From an uncultured Acidobacteriota bacterium (GTDB lineage Bacteria; Acidobacteriota; Vicinamibacteria; Fen-336), in the NCBI GenBank assembly GCA_963700695.1, contig CAVOYO010000004.1, forward strand, positions 263,959-327,958: 64,000 nt of DNA, in the 5' to 3' direction. This document shows, piece after piece, positions 36,888 to 44,936 of the stretch; positions within the stretch are counted from its first letter, which is position 1; each line of letters starts with the position of its first letter. Under the pieces are notes generated by a model, which had not been told where the DNA came from, made no database searches, and was given only the letters and a program-made list of their open reading frames with translations. A program made the position numbers and the translations under genes.

Positions 36888-37034
36888 TGCCGTGCCGTTG
36901 GCGTCGTGCGCTTTTGCGAGATGGCCGACCGGAGTAAGCTCGGGCGCGTTGTCTTCAGCCCGATCTTCCAGTGGCGGGTCCTGCCGGAGACCAAGGGTCG
37001 CAGCCTCGAGGAGATCGAGCGCTCGTGGAGGTGA
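36888..37034 (+). pseudogene. 3' remnant of an MFS sugar-porter gene
   Basis: The frame ending at TGA 37032-37034 reads ...GRVVFSPIFQWRVLPETKGRSLEEIERSWR*. PETKGRSLEEIE is the classic sugar-porter C-terminal signature. No transporter body lies upstream, and the tRNA is only about 115 nt away. Confidence 0.5.
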
Positions 37035-37053
37035 GGAAGGGAGGGCGGTAGCG

Positions 37054-38805
37054 GTGGGGCGACGCAGCGGCTACGACAGACACCCCGTGACGCCGGTCGG
37101 GCCCGGTGTCGAATGCCACGTCGGCTGGACGGCCATCCTCGAGCGGCTGCAGGGGCTGCGGTCCCGGGCACGGTGCGTGCTCGCCGTCGAGTGTTACCCC
37201 GGCGTGCGGGTGGACGAGGTCAAGCAGGCGTTCATCACAGGGCTGGCCCCCATCCTGGTGGTGGACGTCCGCCAGGCCTACCGGCACGCGACGGACGTCG
37301 AGCGGATGTGCGCTCCCTACCTCGGGGACGACCCGGTCTTCGGCCGTATGAACGGCCTCTCGCTCGCCGACTTCTTCGATCCCGGCCGTGAGGCAACCCT
37401 CCGCTCGCGCATCGAGAAGACGAGGGAGGGCCTCGCGCTCGTCGTGGGGGCCGGGGCCAGCCTGCTTGCGGACCCGGACACGCTGGTCTACGCGGACATG
37501 GCCCGCTGGGAGATCCAGCAGCGCCAGCGGCGGGGGGAGTCGACGGCGGTCGCGGTCGACGACCACACCGAGGACCCGGAGCTGAAGTACAGGCGGGGGT
37601 TCTTCGTGGACTGGAGGGCGGCGGACCGACTCAAACGGGAGGCGCTGCCCCGGCTCGACTTCCTCCTCGACACCAACGACCCCGAGCGCCCGAAGATGAT
37701 CGCCGGCGACGATTTCCGCCGGGGGCTCGCGGAGTCGGTCACACGCCCGTTCCGAGTGGTGCCCTTCTTCGATCCCGGCCCGTGGGGCGGACAGTGGATG
37801 AAGAAGGTCTGCGATCTTCCCCGTGAGGTGCCCAACTACGCCCGCTGCTTCGACTGCGTGCCCGAGGAGAACAGCCTGCTCCTGGGCTTCGGGGGCGAGC
37901 GCGTCGAGGTCCCGGCCCTCGACCTCGTCTTCCTCCACCCGCGGGAGCTCCTGGGAGAGGCGGTTCACGCGCGCTTCGGGGCCGAGTTCCCGATCCGCTT
38001 CGATTTCCTGGACGCGATGGACGGCGGCAACCTGTCGCTGCAGGTGCACCCACTGACCGAGTACATCCAGGACCGCTTCGGGATGCACTACACCCAGGAC
38101 GAGAGCTACTACGTCCTCGACGCGGAGGACGGGGCGAACGTGTACCTGGGCCTGAAGGAGGGGGTCGACCGCGAGGCCGTGGTGCGCGACCTCAGGCGCG
38201 CCCAGGAGGGGGGCTTCCGCTTCCCGGACGAGCTCTACGTGAGCCGCTGGCCGGCGAGGAAGCACGACCACTTCCTGATCCCGGGGGGGACCGTGCACTG
38301 CTCGGGAAAGGGGAGCATGGTGCTGGAGATCGGCGCCACCCCCTACATCTTCACCTTCAAGCTCTGGGACTGGGACCGGCTCGGGCTCGACGGGAAGCCG
38401 CGGTCCGTCCAGATCGACCACGGAGTCGCGAGCATCCAGTGGGACCGGACGGCCTCCTGGGTCGAGCGCGAGCTCGTGAACCGCATCGAGCCCCTGGCCG
38501 CGGGTCCGGGCTGGCGCGCCGAGCGCACCGGACTCCACGAGCGGGAGTTCATCGAGACGCGTCGGCACTGGTTCACCGGGACGGCCCCGCACGACACCGC
38601 GGGCGGGGTGAACGTGCTCAACCTCGTGCAGGGCGAGGAGGCGGTGGTCGAGAGCCCGTCGGGAGCCTTCGAGCCCTTCGTGGTCCACTATGCGGAGACC
38701 GTCATCGTCCCCGCCGGCGTGGGCGCCTACACGATCCGGCCGCACGGCCCGGGGGCGGGCTCGGAGTGCGCGACGATCAAGGCCTCGGTGAGGACGCGGC
38801 CTTGA
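37054..38805 (+). CDS. Long-form class I mannose-6-phosphate isomerase-like cupin protein, intact (start uncertain)
   Basis: Part of ORF 36736..38805. The GTG at 37054 follows gggaggg. The sequence reads ...FFDPGPWGGQWMKKVCDL...DCVPEENSLLLGFGG...FPIRFDFLDAMDGGNLSLQVHPLTEYIQDRFGMHYTQDESYYVLDAEDGANVYLGLK...HFLIPGGTVHCSGKGSMVLEIGATPY. The QVHP / E-YY / H motifs are of PMI type. Confidence 0.7.
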   Translation: MGRRSGYDRHPVTPVGPGVECHVGWTAILERLQGLRSRARCVLAVECYPGVRVDEVKQAFITGLAPILVVDVRQAYRHATDVERMCAPYLGDDPVFGRMNGLSLADFFDPGREATLRSRIEKTREGLALVVGAGASLLADPDTLVYADMARWEIQQRQRRGESTAVAVDDHTEDPELKYRRGFFVDWRAADRLKREALPRLDFLLDTNDPERPKMIAGDDFRRGLAESVTRPFRVVPFFDPGPWGGQWMKKVCDLPREVPNYARCFDCVPEENSLLLGFGGERVEVPALDLVFLHPRELLGEAVHARFGAEFPIRFDFLDAMDGGNLSLQVHPLTEYIQDRFGMHYTQDESYYVLDAEDGANVYLGLKEGVDREAVVRDLRRAQEGGFRFPDELYVSRWPARKHDHFLIPGGTVHCSGKGSMVLEIGATPYIFTFKLWDWDRLGLDGKPRSVQIDHGVASIQWDRTASWVERELVNRIEPLAAGPGWRAERTGLHEREFIETRRHWFTGTAPHDTAGGVNVLNLVQGEEAVVESPSGAFEPFVVHYAETVIVPAGVGAYTIRPHGPGAGSECATIKASVRTRP

Positions 38806-38853
38806 CATTCCGAGTCCGCAGCCGTGGACGTCGGACTCGGAATCCGTTGTCAA
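38802..38853. repeat. Hairpin element copy B: outer arms TTGACA/TGTCAA plus 12-bp stem ATTCCGAGTCCG / CGGACTCGGAAT (13-nt loop), overlapping the PMI-like stop codon
   Basis: Read directly from the sequence. The inner stem (38807-38818 / 38832-38843) is identical to the stem at 18820-18855, and the flanks downstream of both copies also align loosely (AACACG...TGTT(T)GA(A/G)GA(C/T)GA(A)GCTCC). It could double as a terminator. Confidence 0.8.
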
Positions 38854-39043
38854 CACGCGCCTCGCTGTTTGAGGATGAGCTCCTCTCAAGGACGACGACG
38901 CTGCGTATGACCACCGGAAGGAAGATCGAGATGATCGTGAACGGCTCGACTCGTCCAGGACACCGCTCGTCCGACGGCGGGTCCACGGTGAGCCGGCGCA
39001 AGGTCGCGATCGCCGATGCACGAAGCTGAGCGCCCCGGGCACG

Positions 39044-39072
39044 TTGACCCGGCCCGGGTCCTCGGTGAGAAT
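39044..39072 (+). promoter_or_regulatory. Sigma70-like promoter candidate (TTGACC-N17-GAGAAT) 13 nt upstream of the HTH gene ATG
   Basis: TTGACC at 39044-39049, an exact 17-nt spacer, and GAGAAT at 39067-39072. The ATG at 39086 has no SD, which fits a very short or leaderless mRNA. Confidence 0.45.
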
Positions 39073-39085
39073 CCTCGCGACGGAT

Positions 39086-39469
39086 ATGAAGTACCTCACG
39101 ACCCTCGAGGTGGCGAACGAGCTGAAGATCAGCAAGCAGACGCTGCTGAACTGGCTCTACGCGAAGAAGGTGCCGGAGCCGCCCCGCAACCGCAACAACT
39201 ATCGCCTCTGGAGCTCGGCCCGGGTCAGCCTCATCCGCAAGATGATCGGGGACGGACGGCTGCACCGGCGCACCGTGATCCACCGCGAGCCGTCGAAGGA
39301 GCCGGAGGTGGTGGCCGAGATCGCGCGGGAGGTGAGCCAGTTCCTGCGCGACGCGGAGATCCCGCTGCGCCGGTTCCAGCAGGAGCTCAACCGGATCCAC
39401 GGCCGGGCCGGGGCGCGCCGCAGCAGCCGCCCGGCGGGTCGTCGTCCGCCCCGCCGCCCCCGCCGTTAG
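39086..39469 (+). CDS. MerR/excisionase-type helix-turn-helix DNA-binding protein with a basic tail
   Basis: MKYLTTLEVANELKISKQTLLNWLYAKKVPEPPRNRNNYRLWSSARVSLIRKMI fits the MerR-like HTH_17 pattern (YLT..E.A..L.IS..TL..W......P...R....YR.W). The C-terminus is Arg/Pro-rich. Confidence 0.6.
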   Translation: MKYLTTLEVANELKISKQTLLNWLYAKKVPEPPRNRNNYRLWSSARVSLIRKMIGDGRLHRRTVIHREPSKEPEVVAEIAREVSQFLRDAEIPLRRFQQELNRIHGRAGARRSSRPAGRRPPRRPRR

Positions 39470-39673
39470 CGTCTCTGCACCCGAGACTCTCTGTGTCACC
39501 GCGCGGAGCCCCGGGGCGCTCGGCGGCCACCCCGACTGTGGGCCCATGAGCTTCGAAGTGGGGCAGGGTCCTCGTCGGGGCCCCGGCCGCCTGCGCGCCT
39601 CGTCGCGCGGTCGGCCGCGTACTGAACCCCTGGTGCATCGTCAGGGCCTGTAGCCCCGGAGGCTCGGGTTCCC

Positions 39674-40000
39674 TCACTCCCAGGGGATGTCGGGCATCAG
39701 GAGCCGCTCGACGGGCTGACCCTGCTCGAGGTGGGCGGTGCAGATCTCGGCCAGGTCGTCCGGGGCGACGCCGGCGTACCAGACGTTGTCGGGCTGGATG
39801 GCCACCACCGGTCCCCGGCTGCAGTGCTTCAGACACATGGTCCGGTTGACCATGACCCGCCCGTCGAGGCCGCGCTCCTGGACGATCTCGCGCAGGGCGT
39901 CGTACAGCGACTGTGCGTTCTTCTCGCCACAGGACCCCTTCGGGTTGCCCGGGGGGCGGGCGTTGACGCAGACGAGAACCTGACGCTCGGGCGTGGGCAC
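39674..40000 (-). CDS. Thioredoxin-like [2Fe-2S] ferredoxin domain protein
   Basis: GTG start 6 nt after caggagga: VPTPERQVLVCVNARPPGNPKGSCGEKNAQSLYDALREIV...VMVNRTMCLKHCSRGPVVAIQPDNVWYAGV. The four Cys are in the C-x(n)-C...C-x3-C arrangement of this family. Confidence 0.7.
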   Translation of the reverse strand: MPTPERQVLVCVNARPPGNPKGSCGEKNAQSLYDALREIVQERGLDGRVMVNRTMCLKHCSRGPVVAIQPDNVWYAGVAPDDLAEICTAHLEQGQPVERLLMPDIPWE

Positions 40001-40104
40001 GGGAGCTCCTCCTGTCTCGAGGGGCGGCGGGGGCCGCTTTGCCGGGAGTATACCCTCCCGTGCTAACCTCGGAGACCCCAACCACCCCAAGGAGGATGAA
40101 GCCG

Positions 40105-40893
40105 ATGAACACTCTCGGTCGGACCCTGTCCGTCGCCGCCACTGCCGCCCTGATCGCCGCCCCCGCCCTTGCCGAGGACGTCGTCGTCGTCTTCAAGACC
40201 GAGGGCCCCGGCGGGCCGGGGATCTCCACGCAGTACTACTCGAGGGAGCGGATGAGGACGGCCGACGGCCAGCGGGACACCATCTTCGAGTATGCCAGCG
40301 GCACGATCACCAACATCGACCACAAGAAGAAGGAGTACTCCCAGATCACCCTCGCCGAGGTCGAGGAGGCGATGGAGGCGATGAGCGCCCGGATGGAACA
40401 GGCGAAGGCTCAGATGGAGGCCATGCCCGCGGCGATGCGCGAGCAGATGGCGAAGATGATGGGCGGCATGGGAGGTGAGGTCACGGTGACGAAAGGCGGG
40501 ACCCGCGACGTCGCCGGCTACGCGACCCAGGAGTACACGATGACGATGGGCGAGGGGATGACGATGAGCCTCTGGAACACCAGCGATCTGCAGCTCCCGG
40601 TTCCCGCGGCCGACCTGCGCAAGCTCGCCTCGTTCACGGGCCCGATGGCGATGATGGCCAACAACCCGATGTTCAAGGGGTTCGGACAGCTCGCGGAGAA
40701 GATGAGAGAGATCGAGGGGTTCACGCTGGCCGACCAGACCTCGATGCGCATGATGGGCCGGGGTTCGGACAGCTCGCGCGAGGCGACGGAGGTGAGGACG
40801 GGCCCCATCCCCGTCTCCGACTTCGACGTCGCCGCGATCGCGAAGGGCTACAAGAAGGTCGAGTCCCCGCTCGCCGAGCTCGGGAAGCGGTAG
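40105..40893 (+). CDS. Secreted Met-rich hypothetical protein (DUF4412-like?)
   Basis: MNTLGRTLSVAATAALIAAPALA is a signal peptide (aaggagg lies 9 nt upstream). It has a Met-rich helix, MEAMSARMEQAKAQMEAMPAAMREQMAKMMGGMGG. The family assignment is from memory and tentative. Confidence 0.55.
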   Translation: MNTLGRTLSVAATAALIAAPALAEDVVVVFKTEGPGGPGISTQYYSRERMRTADGQRDTIFEYASGTITNIDHKKKEYSQITLAEVEEAMEAMSARMEQAKAQMEAMPAAMREQMAKMMGGMGGEVTVTKGGTRDVAGYATQEYTMTMGEGMTMSLWNTSDLQLPVPAADLRKLASFTGPMAMMANNPMFKGFGQLAEKMREIEGFTLADQTSMRMMGRGSDSSREATEVRTGPIPVSDFDVAAIAKGYKKVESPLAELGKR

Positions 40894-41371
40894 AGGACGT
40901 AGCATGGACGCGGTCGGCCCCTCTCCTCGAGAGTGAGGAGGTCGACCGCGCGATAGCCGCGGGCGAAGTAGGCCCCGAAGACGCGGCGGGCCCGCTCCTG
41001 CCAGGTGACGGCGGCGTCGGGGGCGCTGCGGCACAGCGCCCCCCAATCCGCCGGGATCTCGAACAGGAGCGCGGTCGCATCGAGATCCAGGCGGGGGGCC
41101 GAGGAGACGGGCCGGTCGCCCTCCCACGTCACGTCGTTGACACGTGGGGCTCCCCTCCGCGGAGGGCGGGAAAGGCGTAGGCGAAGCCGACGACGCTTCC
41201 CGAAGGGTCTTCGGCGACGAGGAGGAGTCCCCCTGCGTGCAGGGTCGCGGCAAGCTGGATCGTCCCAACGATCTCGAGGTCGTCCAGGCTCCAGACCGCA
41301 CGCTGCAGCTCGATGCAGGCCTCCACGTCGGCGCGGTCGCGCGCGAGGCGGATGCCGGGGGCGACGTTCAT
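40848..41371 (-). pseudogene. GNAT-superfamily acetyltransferase (COG3375-like) with an internal deletion and frameshift
   Basis: The N-terminal ORF 41129..41371 (MNVAPGIRLARDRADVEACIELQRAVW...VGFAYAFPALRGGEPH) stops where the acetyl-CoA-binding core should begin. The C-terminal ORF 40848..41132, in another frame (VTWEGDRPV...LLFEIPADWGAL...WQERARRVFGAYFARGYRAVDLL), matches the family C-terminus. By my recollection of family length, roughly 100 codons are missing at 41125-41150. Confidence 0.55.
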
Positions 41372-41388
41372 CCGGGTGAAGGGGCGGC

Positions 41389-42402
41389 TCAGCGGCGGGC
41401 GCCGGCCATGAAGTCGAGGCGGTCGAGCTGCTGGCGGGGGCCGAGGGCGATCAGGACGTCGCCCGCCCCCAACATCGCCTCCGGCACGGGGTTGAAGACC
41501 ATCTTCCCGTCCGGCCTCTTGATGGCCACGATGATGATGCCGAGCTCGCTCTTGATCGGGCTCGTCTTCAACGAGGCACCGACGAGCGGGCTCCCTTCAT
41601 GAAGCCCGATCTCCTCGATCTGGAGCTCGAGATGGCCGCTTTGGGTCGCGACCGCGAGGAAGTTCATCGCGTGGGGCCGGAGCACGGCCTGGGCCACGCG
41701 GTGACCGCCGATCGCGTAGGGCGAGATCACCTGGGTGGCTCCCGCTCGCCGGAGCTTGCGATCGGCGCTCTCGCTCTCGGCCCGGGCCACGATGACCAAC
41801 CGCTCGTTGATGAAGCGGGCGCTCATGACGATGTAGAGGTTGTCGGCGTCGGAAGCGGCGGCGCTCACCAGCGCCCGCGCCCGCTCGACCCCGGCCTGCT
41901 TGAGCACGTCGTCGTCGGTCGCGTCGCCGCTCAGGGGGATGCCGTGCGGCATCGAGAAGTCCTGGAGAACGCGCGGGTCGCGGTCGACGACGACGAACGG
42001 GAGCCTCGCCGCGGAGAACTCCTCACAGACCAGGTGACCCATCCGTCCGAACCCGCAGACCACCAGGTGATCGTTGAGCTGTGCGAGCTGGCTCTCCATG
42101 CGCTGCCTCCCGAAGACCGTCCGGATATCGCCGGCGACGACGGCCCGAATGAGAGCGGCCGCCGCGTAGAAGGCCGTGAACACCCCGCCCAGGGCCAGCG
42201 CCATCGTGAACAGGCGCCCGCCGGGACCGAGGGGCCGCACCTCGTGGAAGCCCACGGTGGTGATGGTGATGACGGTCATGTAGAGGGCGTCGAACAGGCC
42301 CCAGCCCCCCACCAGGCGATAGCCCAGCGTGCCGCCGACGAGGAGAAGCCCGAGGACCGCCAGCGGGAGCAGGACCACGCGCAGGGCAGAGATGTCCCTC
42401 AC
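41389..42402 (-). CDS. Two-TM potassium-channel-type protein with cytoplasmic RCK (TrkA-N + TrkA-C) domains, intact
   Basis: Pore region DALYMTVITITTVGFHEV; Rossmann motif VVCGFGRMGHLVCEE; C-terminal TrkA-C-like LQIEEIGLHEGSPLVGASLKTSPIKSELGIIIVAIKR. Confidence 0.8.
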   Translation of the reverse strand: MRDISALRVVLLPLAVLGLLLVGGTLGYRLVGGWGLFDALYMTVITITTVGFHEVRPLGPGGRLFTMALALGGVFTAFYAAAALIRAVVAGDIRTVFGRQRMESQLAQLNDHLVVCGFGRMGHLVCEEFSAARLPFVVVDRDPRVLQDFSMPHGIPLSGDATDDDVLKQAGVERARALVSAAASDADNLYIVMSARFINERLVIVARAESESADRKLRRAGATQVISPYAIGGHRVAQAVLRPHAMNFLAVATQSGHLELQIEEIGLHEGSPLVGASLKTSPIKSELGIIIVAIKRPDGKMVFNPVPEAMLGAGDVLIALGPRQQLDRLDFMAGARR

Positions 42403-42582
42403 GACGGCCTCCGCGGGCCCGACTCGACCCGGGCCCGCGCCGTGGCGACCCCCGCCCCCGCGGCAGGCTGCGGCCGACGCCGTGCCGATCGCCCGCCCGG
42501 ACCGACGTCCTGCACCAGGTGTTCCATGACCTTGCCGCCCGTCATGATACGACGCTGCAAGCGGGGAGAGGGGCGGTGGGGG

Positions 42583-43152
42583 CTAGAGACCGATCTCGTC
42601 GGCTATGGGCACGAGCGACGCGATGACGAACTCGACGTGCTCGGGCAGGGGGCGGCCGAGCGCCTCCGCCCCGCCGTAGATGCAGGAGCGGTCGACGGAG
42701 CGGGCGAAGGCCTTGTCCCCGAGCTTCTTCGTCACCGACTTGACCGGGAGGTCGGCGACCCTCTTCGTCGGCCGCACCTTCACGCAGGCCCCGATGAACC
42801 CGACGAGCTCGTCACAGGCGTAGAGCGACTTCTTGAGCGGCGTGTCCCGGGGAACACCCATGTAGTCGGCGTGGGAGCAGATCGCCTCGACGATCTCCTC
42901 CGGCCATCCGCGCTCGCGCAGGATCCGAGCCCCCACGTGAAGGTGGGTCTCCTCGGTGGGGTTCTGCTCGTAGTCGAAGTCGTGGAGGAGCCCTACGATC
43001 GCCCATTTCTCGATCTCGGCGGCGTCGGTGACCCCGTGCCAGCCGGCGTAGGCGCGCATGGCCTCTTCGACCCCCCGTCCGTGCTTGCGGAGGGCGTCCG
43101 ACTGCGTGAACTCGAAGAGGAGGGTCTCGGCGTCGGCTCGCGTGTGGGGCAT
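42583..43152 (-). CDS. HD/HDIG-domain metal-dependent phosphohydrolase
   Basis: The sequence ...HGRGVEEAMRAYA...AIVGLLHDFDYEQ...HLHVGARILRERGWPEEIVEAICSHAD... contains an H...HD...H...H metal-ligand pattern. Confidence 0.75.
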   Translation of the reverse strand: MPHTRADAETLLFEFTQSDALRKHGRGVEEAMRAYAGWHGVTDAAEIEKWAIVGLLHDFDYEQNPTEETHLHVGARILRERGWPEEIVEAICSHADYMGVPRDTPLKKSLYACDELVGFIGACVKVRPTKRVADLPVKSVTKKLGDKAFARSVDRSCIYGGAEALGRPLPEHVEFVIASLVPIADEIGL

Positions 43153-43361
43153 CAGAGCTTCGGGAAGTAGCAGTCGATCCAGTCCCGCACGTCGGTCTCC
43201 ACCTCCCCCGCGTCGGAGCCGGTCACCTCGTGCACCGGGGAGCGCTCGTATCCCGCGGCCATCAGGTAGAGCGACGCCCGCACCACGCCTCCGTCGTCGT
43301 AGAAGTATGCGTGCACCTCGCCGCCCGGGCGCTGGAACTTGAGCAGGCGCCCCGTCTTCAT
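43152..43361 (-). CDS. Small (69 aa) hypothetical protein, translationally coupled to both neighbours
   Basis: MKTGRLLKFQRPGGEVHAYFYDDGGVVRASLYLMAAGYERSPVHEVTGSDAGEVETDVRDWIDCYFPKL. Its ATG overlaps the upstream stop (ATGA), and its stop abuts the HD gene ATG at 43152. Confidence 0.5.
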   Translation of the reverse strand: MKTGRLLKFQRPGGEVHAYFYDDGGVVRASLYLMAAGYERSPVHEVTGSDAGEVETDVRDWIDCYFPKL

Positions 43362-44428
43362 TGCGCGCCCGCAGAGGCGAAGCCGAACCATCCGCCTCCG
43401 ACCCCGGCCGCCGCGCCCGACGCGGACCGGGGGCGCGTGATCGCGTTCCGCCACGAGCTGGCGATCAGCCGGTACCCGGCGTCGTTCGGGTGCACGTGAT
43501 CGGAGAAGAGGTCCCGAAGGTTCGGCTGCTCCATGAAGTCACCGTGGATCTCGGCGATCGGCACGCCCTCCTCCCGGGCCATCGCGCGGACGAGGTCGTT
43601 CATCCGGGTCACCCAGATGTTGCGCTCGGTGGCGCCCTTGTCCAGCCAGGCCGGGTTGGCGGGGGGGATGGTCCCGAGCACCGGGTTCGACCCCGCGCTA
43701 CGGGCCTGGAGAATCATCGAGCGCAGGGCGTCGACCGTCTCGCACTCGAAGTCGCTGCGGCACCGCGCCACGTTCCAGTCGTTCGTCCCGTAGAGGATGA
43801 GGGTGAAGGCCGGGCGCTGGAAGGCCAGCTCCCCCGGGAGCCGCGCCTCGCCCTGGTCGCTCTTGGTGCCGGGTTCGCCGGCCTCGGCGACCGTGGCCGC
43901 GCCCCAGTGAGAGCGGAGGTCCGCCTGAAGGTACCTCGTGTAGCCTCCCTCCAGACCTCCCACGCCGCGCGTGATGCTGTCCCCAAAGGCCAGGTAGTGG
44001 TTCGCCCGGTTGCCGCCGATCTCGAGGACCGCCGGCACCGCGATCTCCTCGCCCGCCTGGGGAGGGACGCTCACGCTGACGGGCTCCCCGGGCACGAAGT
44101 AGGGGGGAAGGCCGCCGAGGTCCGCCTGGGCCATCTGGGCGCCGGCGGGGACGCCGCTCACGGTGAAGCGCCCCCGCGCCTCGGCCTGCCCGCTCCGCCC
44201 GCCGATGCTGATCGTCGCTCCCGGGAGGCGGACGGTCTCGGACGCCTCGAGGACCCCGTTCGCGTTCTCGTCGTAGAACACGATCCCGCTCACCCCGAAG
44301 CCCGGGGCGACCGTCGGCCCGGGGCCCGGTCCCGTGGGGGAGGACGAGCTCCCGCCGCAGGCGGGAAGAACGAGCAGGGAGATGAGGGCGATCCCTTTCG
44401 GACACTTCACGACCGTTGAGATTAGCAT
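43358..44428 (-). CDS. SGNH/GDSL-family hydrolase lipoprotein with an N-terminal Ig-like (CarboxypepD_reg-like) domain
   Basis: Lipobox MLISTVVKCPKGIALISLLVLPACGG; GVSGIVFYDENANGVLE...ATISIGG...FTVSGVPAG; catalytic block I YLAFGDSITRG; later LILYGTNDW and DHVHPNDAGY (block V). Confidence 0.8.
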   Translation of the reverse strand: MLISTVVKCPKGIALISLLVLPACGGSSSSPTGPGPGPTVAPGFGVSGIVFYDENANGVLEASETVRLPGATISIGGRSGQAEARGRFTVSGVPAGAQMAQADLGGLPPYFVPGEPVSVSVPPQAGEEIAVPAVLEIGGNRANHYLAFGDSITRGVGGLEGGYTRYLQADLRSHWGAATVAEAGEPGTKSDQGEARLPGELAFQRPAFTLILYGTNDWNVARCRSDFECETVDALRSMILQARSAGSNPVLGTIPPANPAWLDKGATERNIWVTRMNDLVRAMAREEGVPIAEIHGDFMEQPNLRDLFSDHVHPNDAGYRLIASSWRNAITRPRSASGAAAGVGGGWFGFASAGAQ

Positions 44429-44495
44429 GGGATTTGCCGCGTCGGCGGCACCGGAGCTATACTTTTGCATCCCTCCGGGTGCCGTTCTTCCGAAT

Positions 44496-44837
44496 ATGAA
44501 CGAAAACATCGACACGAGCCGGAGCAACCGGCGGATCACTGCGCGCAAGGCCTGTCTGCTGACCGTCCGCTACAAGGCCAACGGCGACTGGCGACCGGCG
44601 ACCGCCATGGACATCTCGCCCTACGGGTGCCGGCTGCGGGTGGGCGAGGACGTCCCCCGCGGCGCCGCCGTCGCCGTCGCCTTCGCGGCCCCGACTCGCG
44701 ACGGCGCCGAGGGCGCTGCCGTCGAGGTTCCCGGCCGAGCGATCTGGGGCCGTCTCGAGGGGCTGTCCTACCAGGTGGGCGTGCACTTCGAGGACTCGCC
44801 CGCGGGCCTCCTCACCGTCCTGGCCGCCCTGTCGTAG
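44496..44837 (+). CDS. Single-domain PilZ (c-di-GMP receptor) protein
   Basis: MNENIDTSRSNRRITARKACLLTVRY...ATAMDISPYGCRLRV contains the RRxxxR and D-x-S-x-x-G PilZ motifs. Confidence 0.75.
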   Translation: MNENIDTSRSNRRITARKACLLTVRYKANGDWRPATAMDISPYGCRLRVGEDVPRGAAVAVAFAAPTRDGAEGAAVEVPGRAIWGRLEGLSYQVGVHFEDSPAGLLTVLAALS

Positions 44838-44936
44838 TCGAGGGCGGTTCCAGCCGGCCCGGAGCGGTGGCTTGGCGCGCCCGCACGGGGCGGACGCGAC
44901 CTCCCGACGGCGCCACGGGCGGACGACACACACGTC

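Noticed and set aside
38907-39029. A small ORF (MTTGRKIEMIVNGSTRPGHRSSDGGSTVSRRKVAIADARS) between the hairpin element and the HTH gene, considered as a toxin/antitoxin or peptide gene.
   Set aside because: There is no convincing SD for the first ATG and no recognisable family. The composition is compatible with chance in this GC background. It is mentioned only as context in a finding.
36698-39469. Calling the tRNA-adjacent region a mobile element as a formal feature.
   Set aside because: I saw no integrase, transposase, conjugation or phage genes, and no duplicated tRNA 3' segment by eye. It is left as a low-to-moderate-interest hypothesis only.
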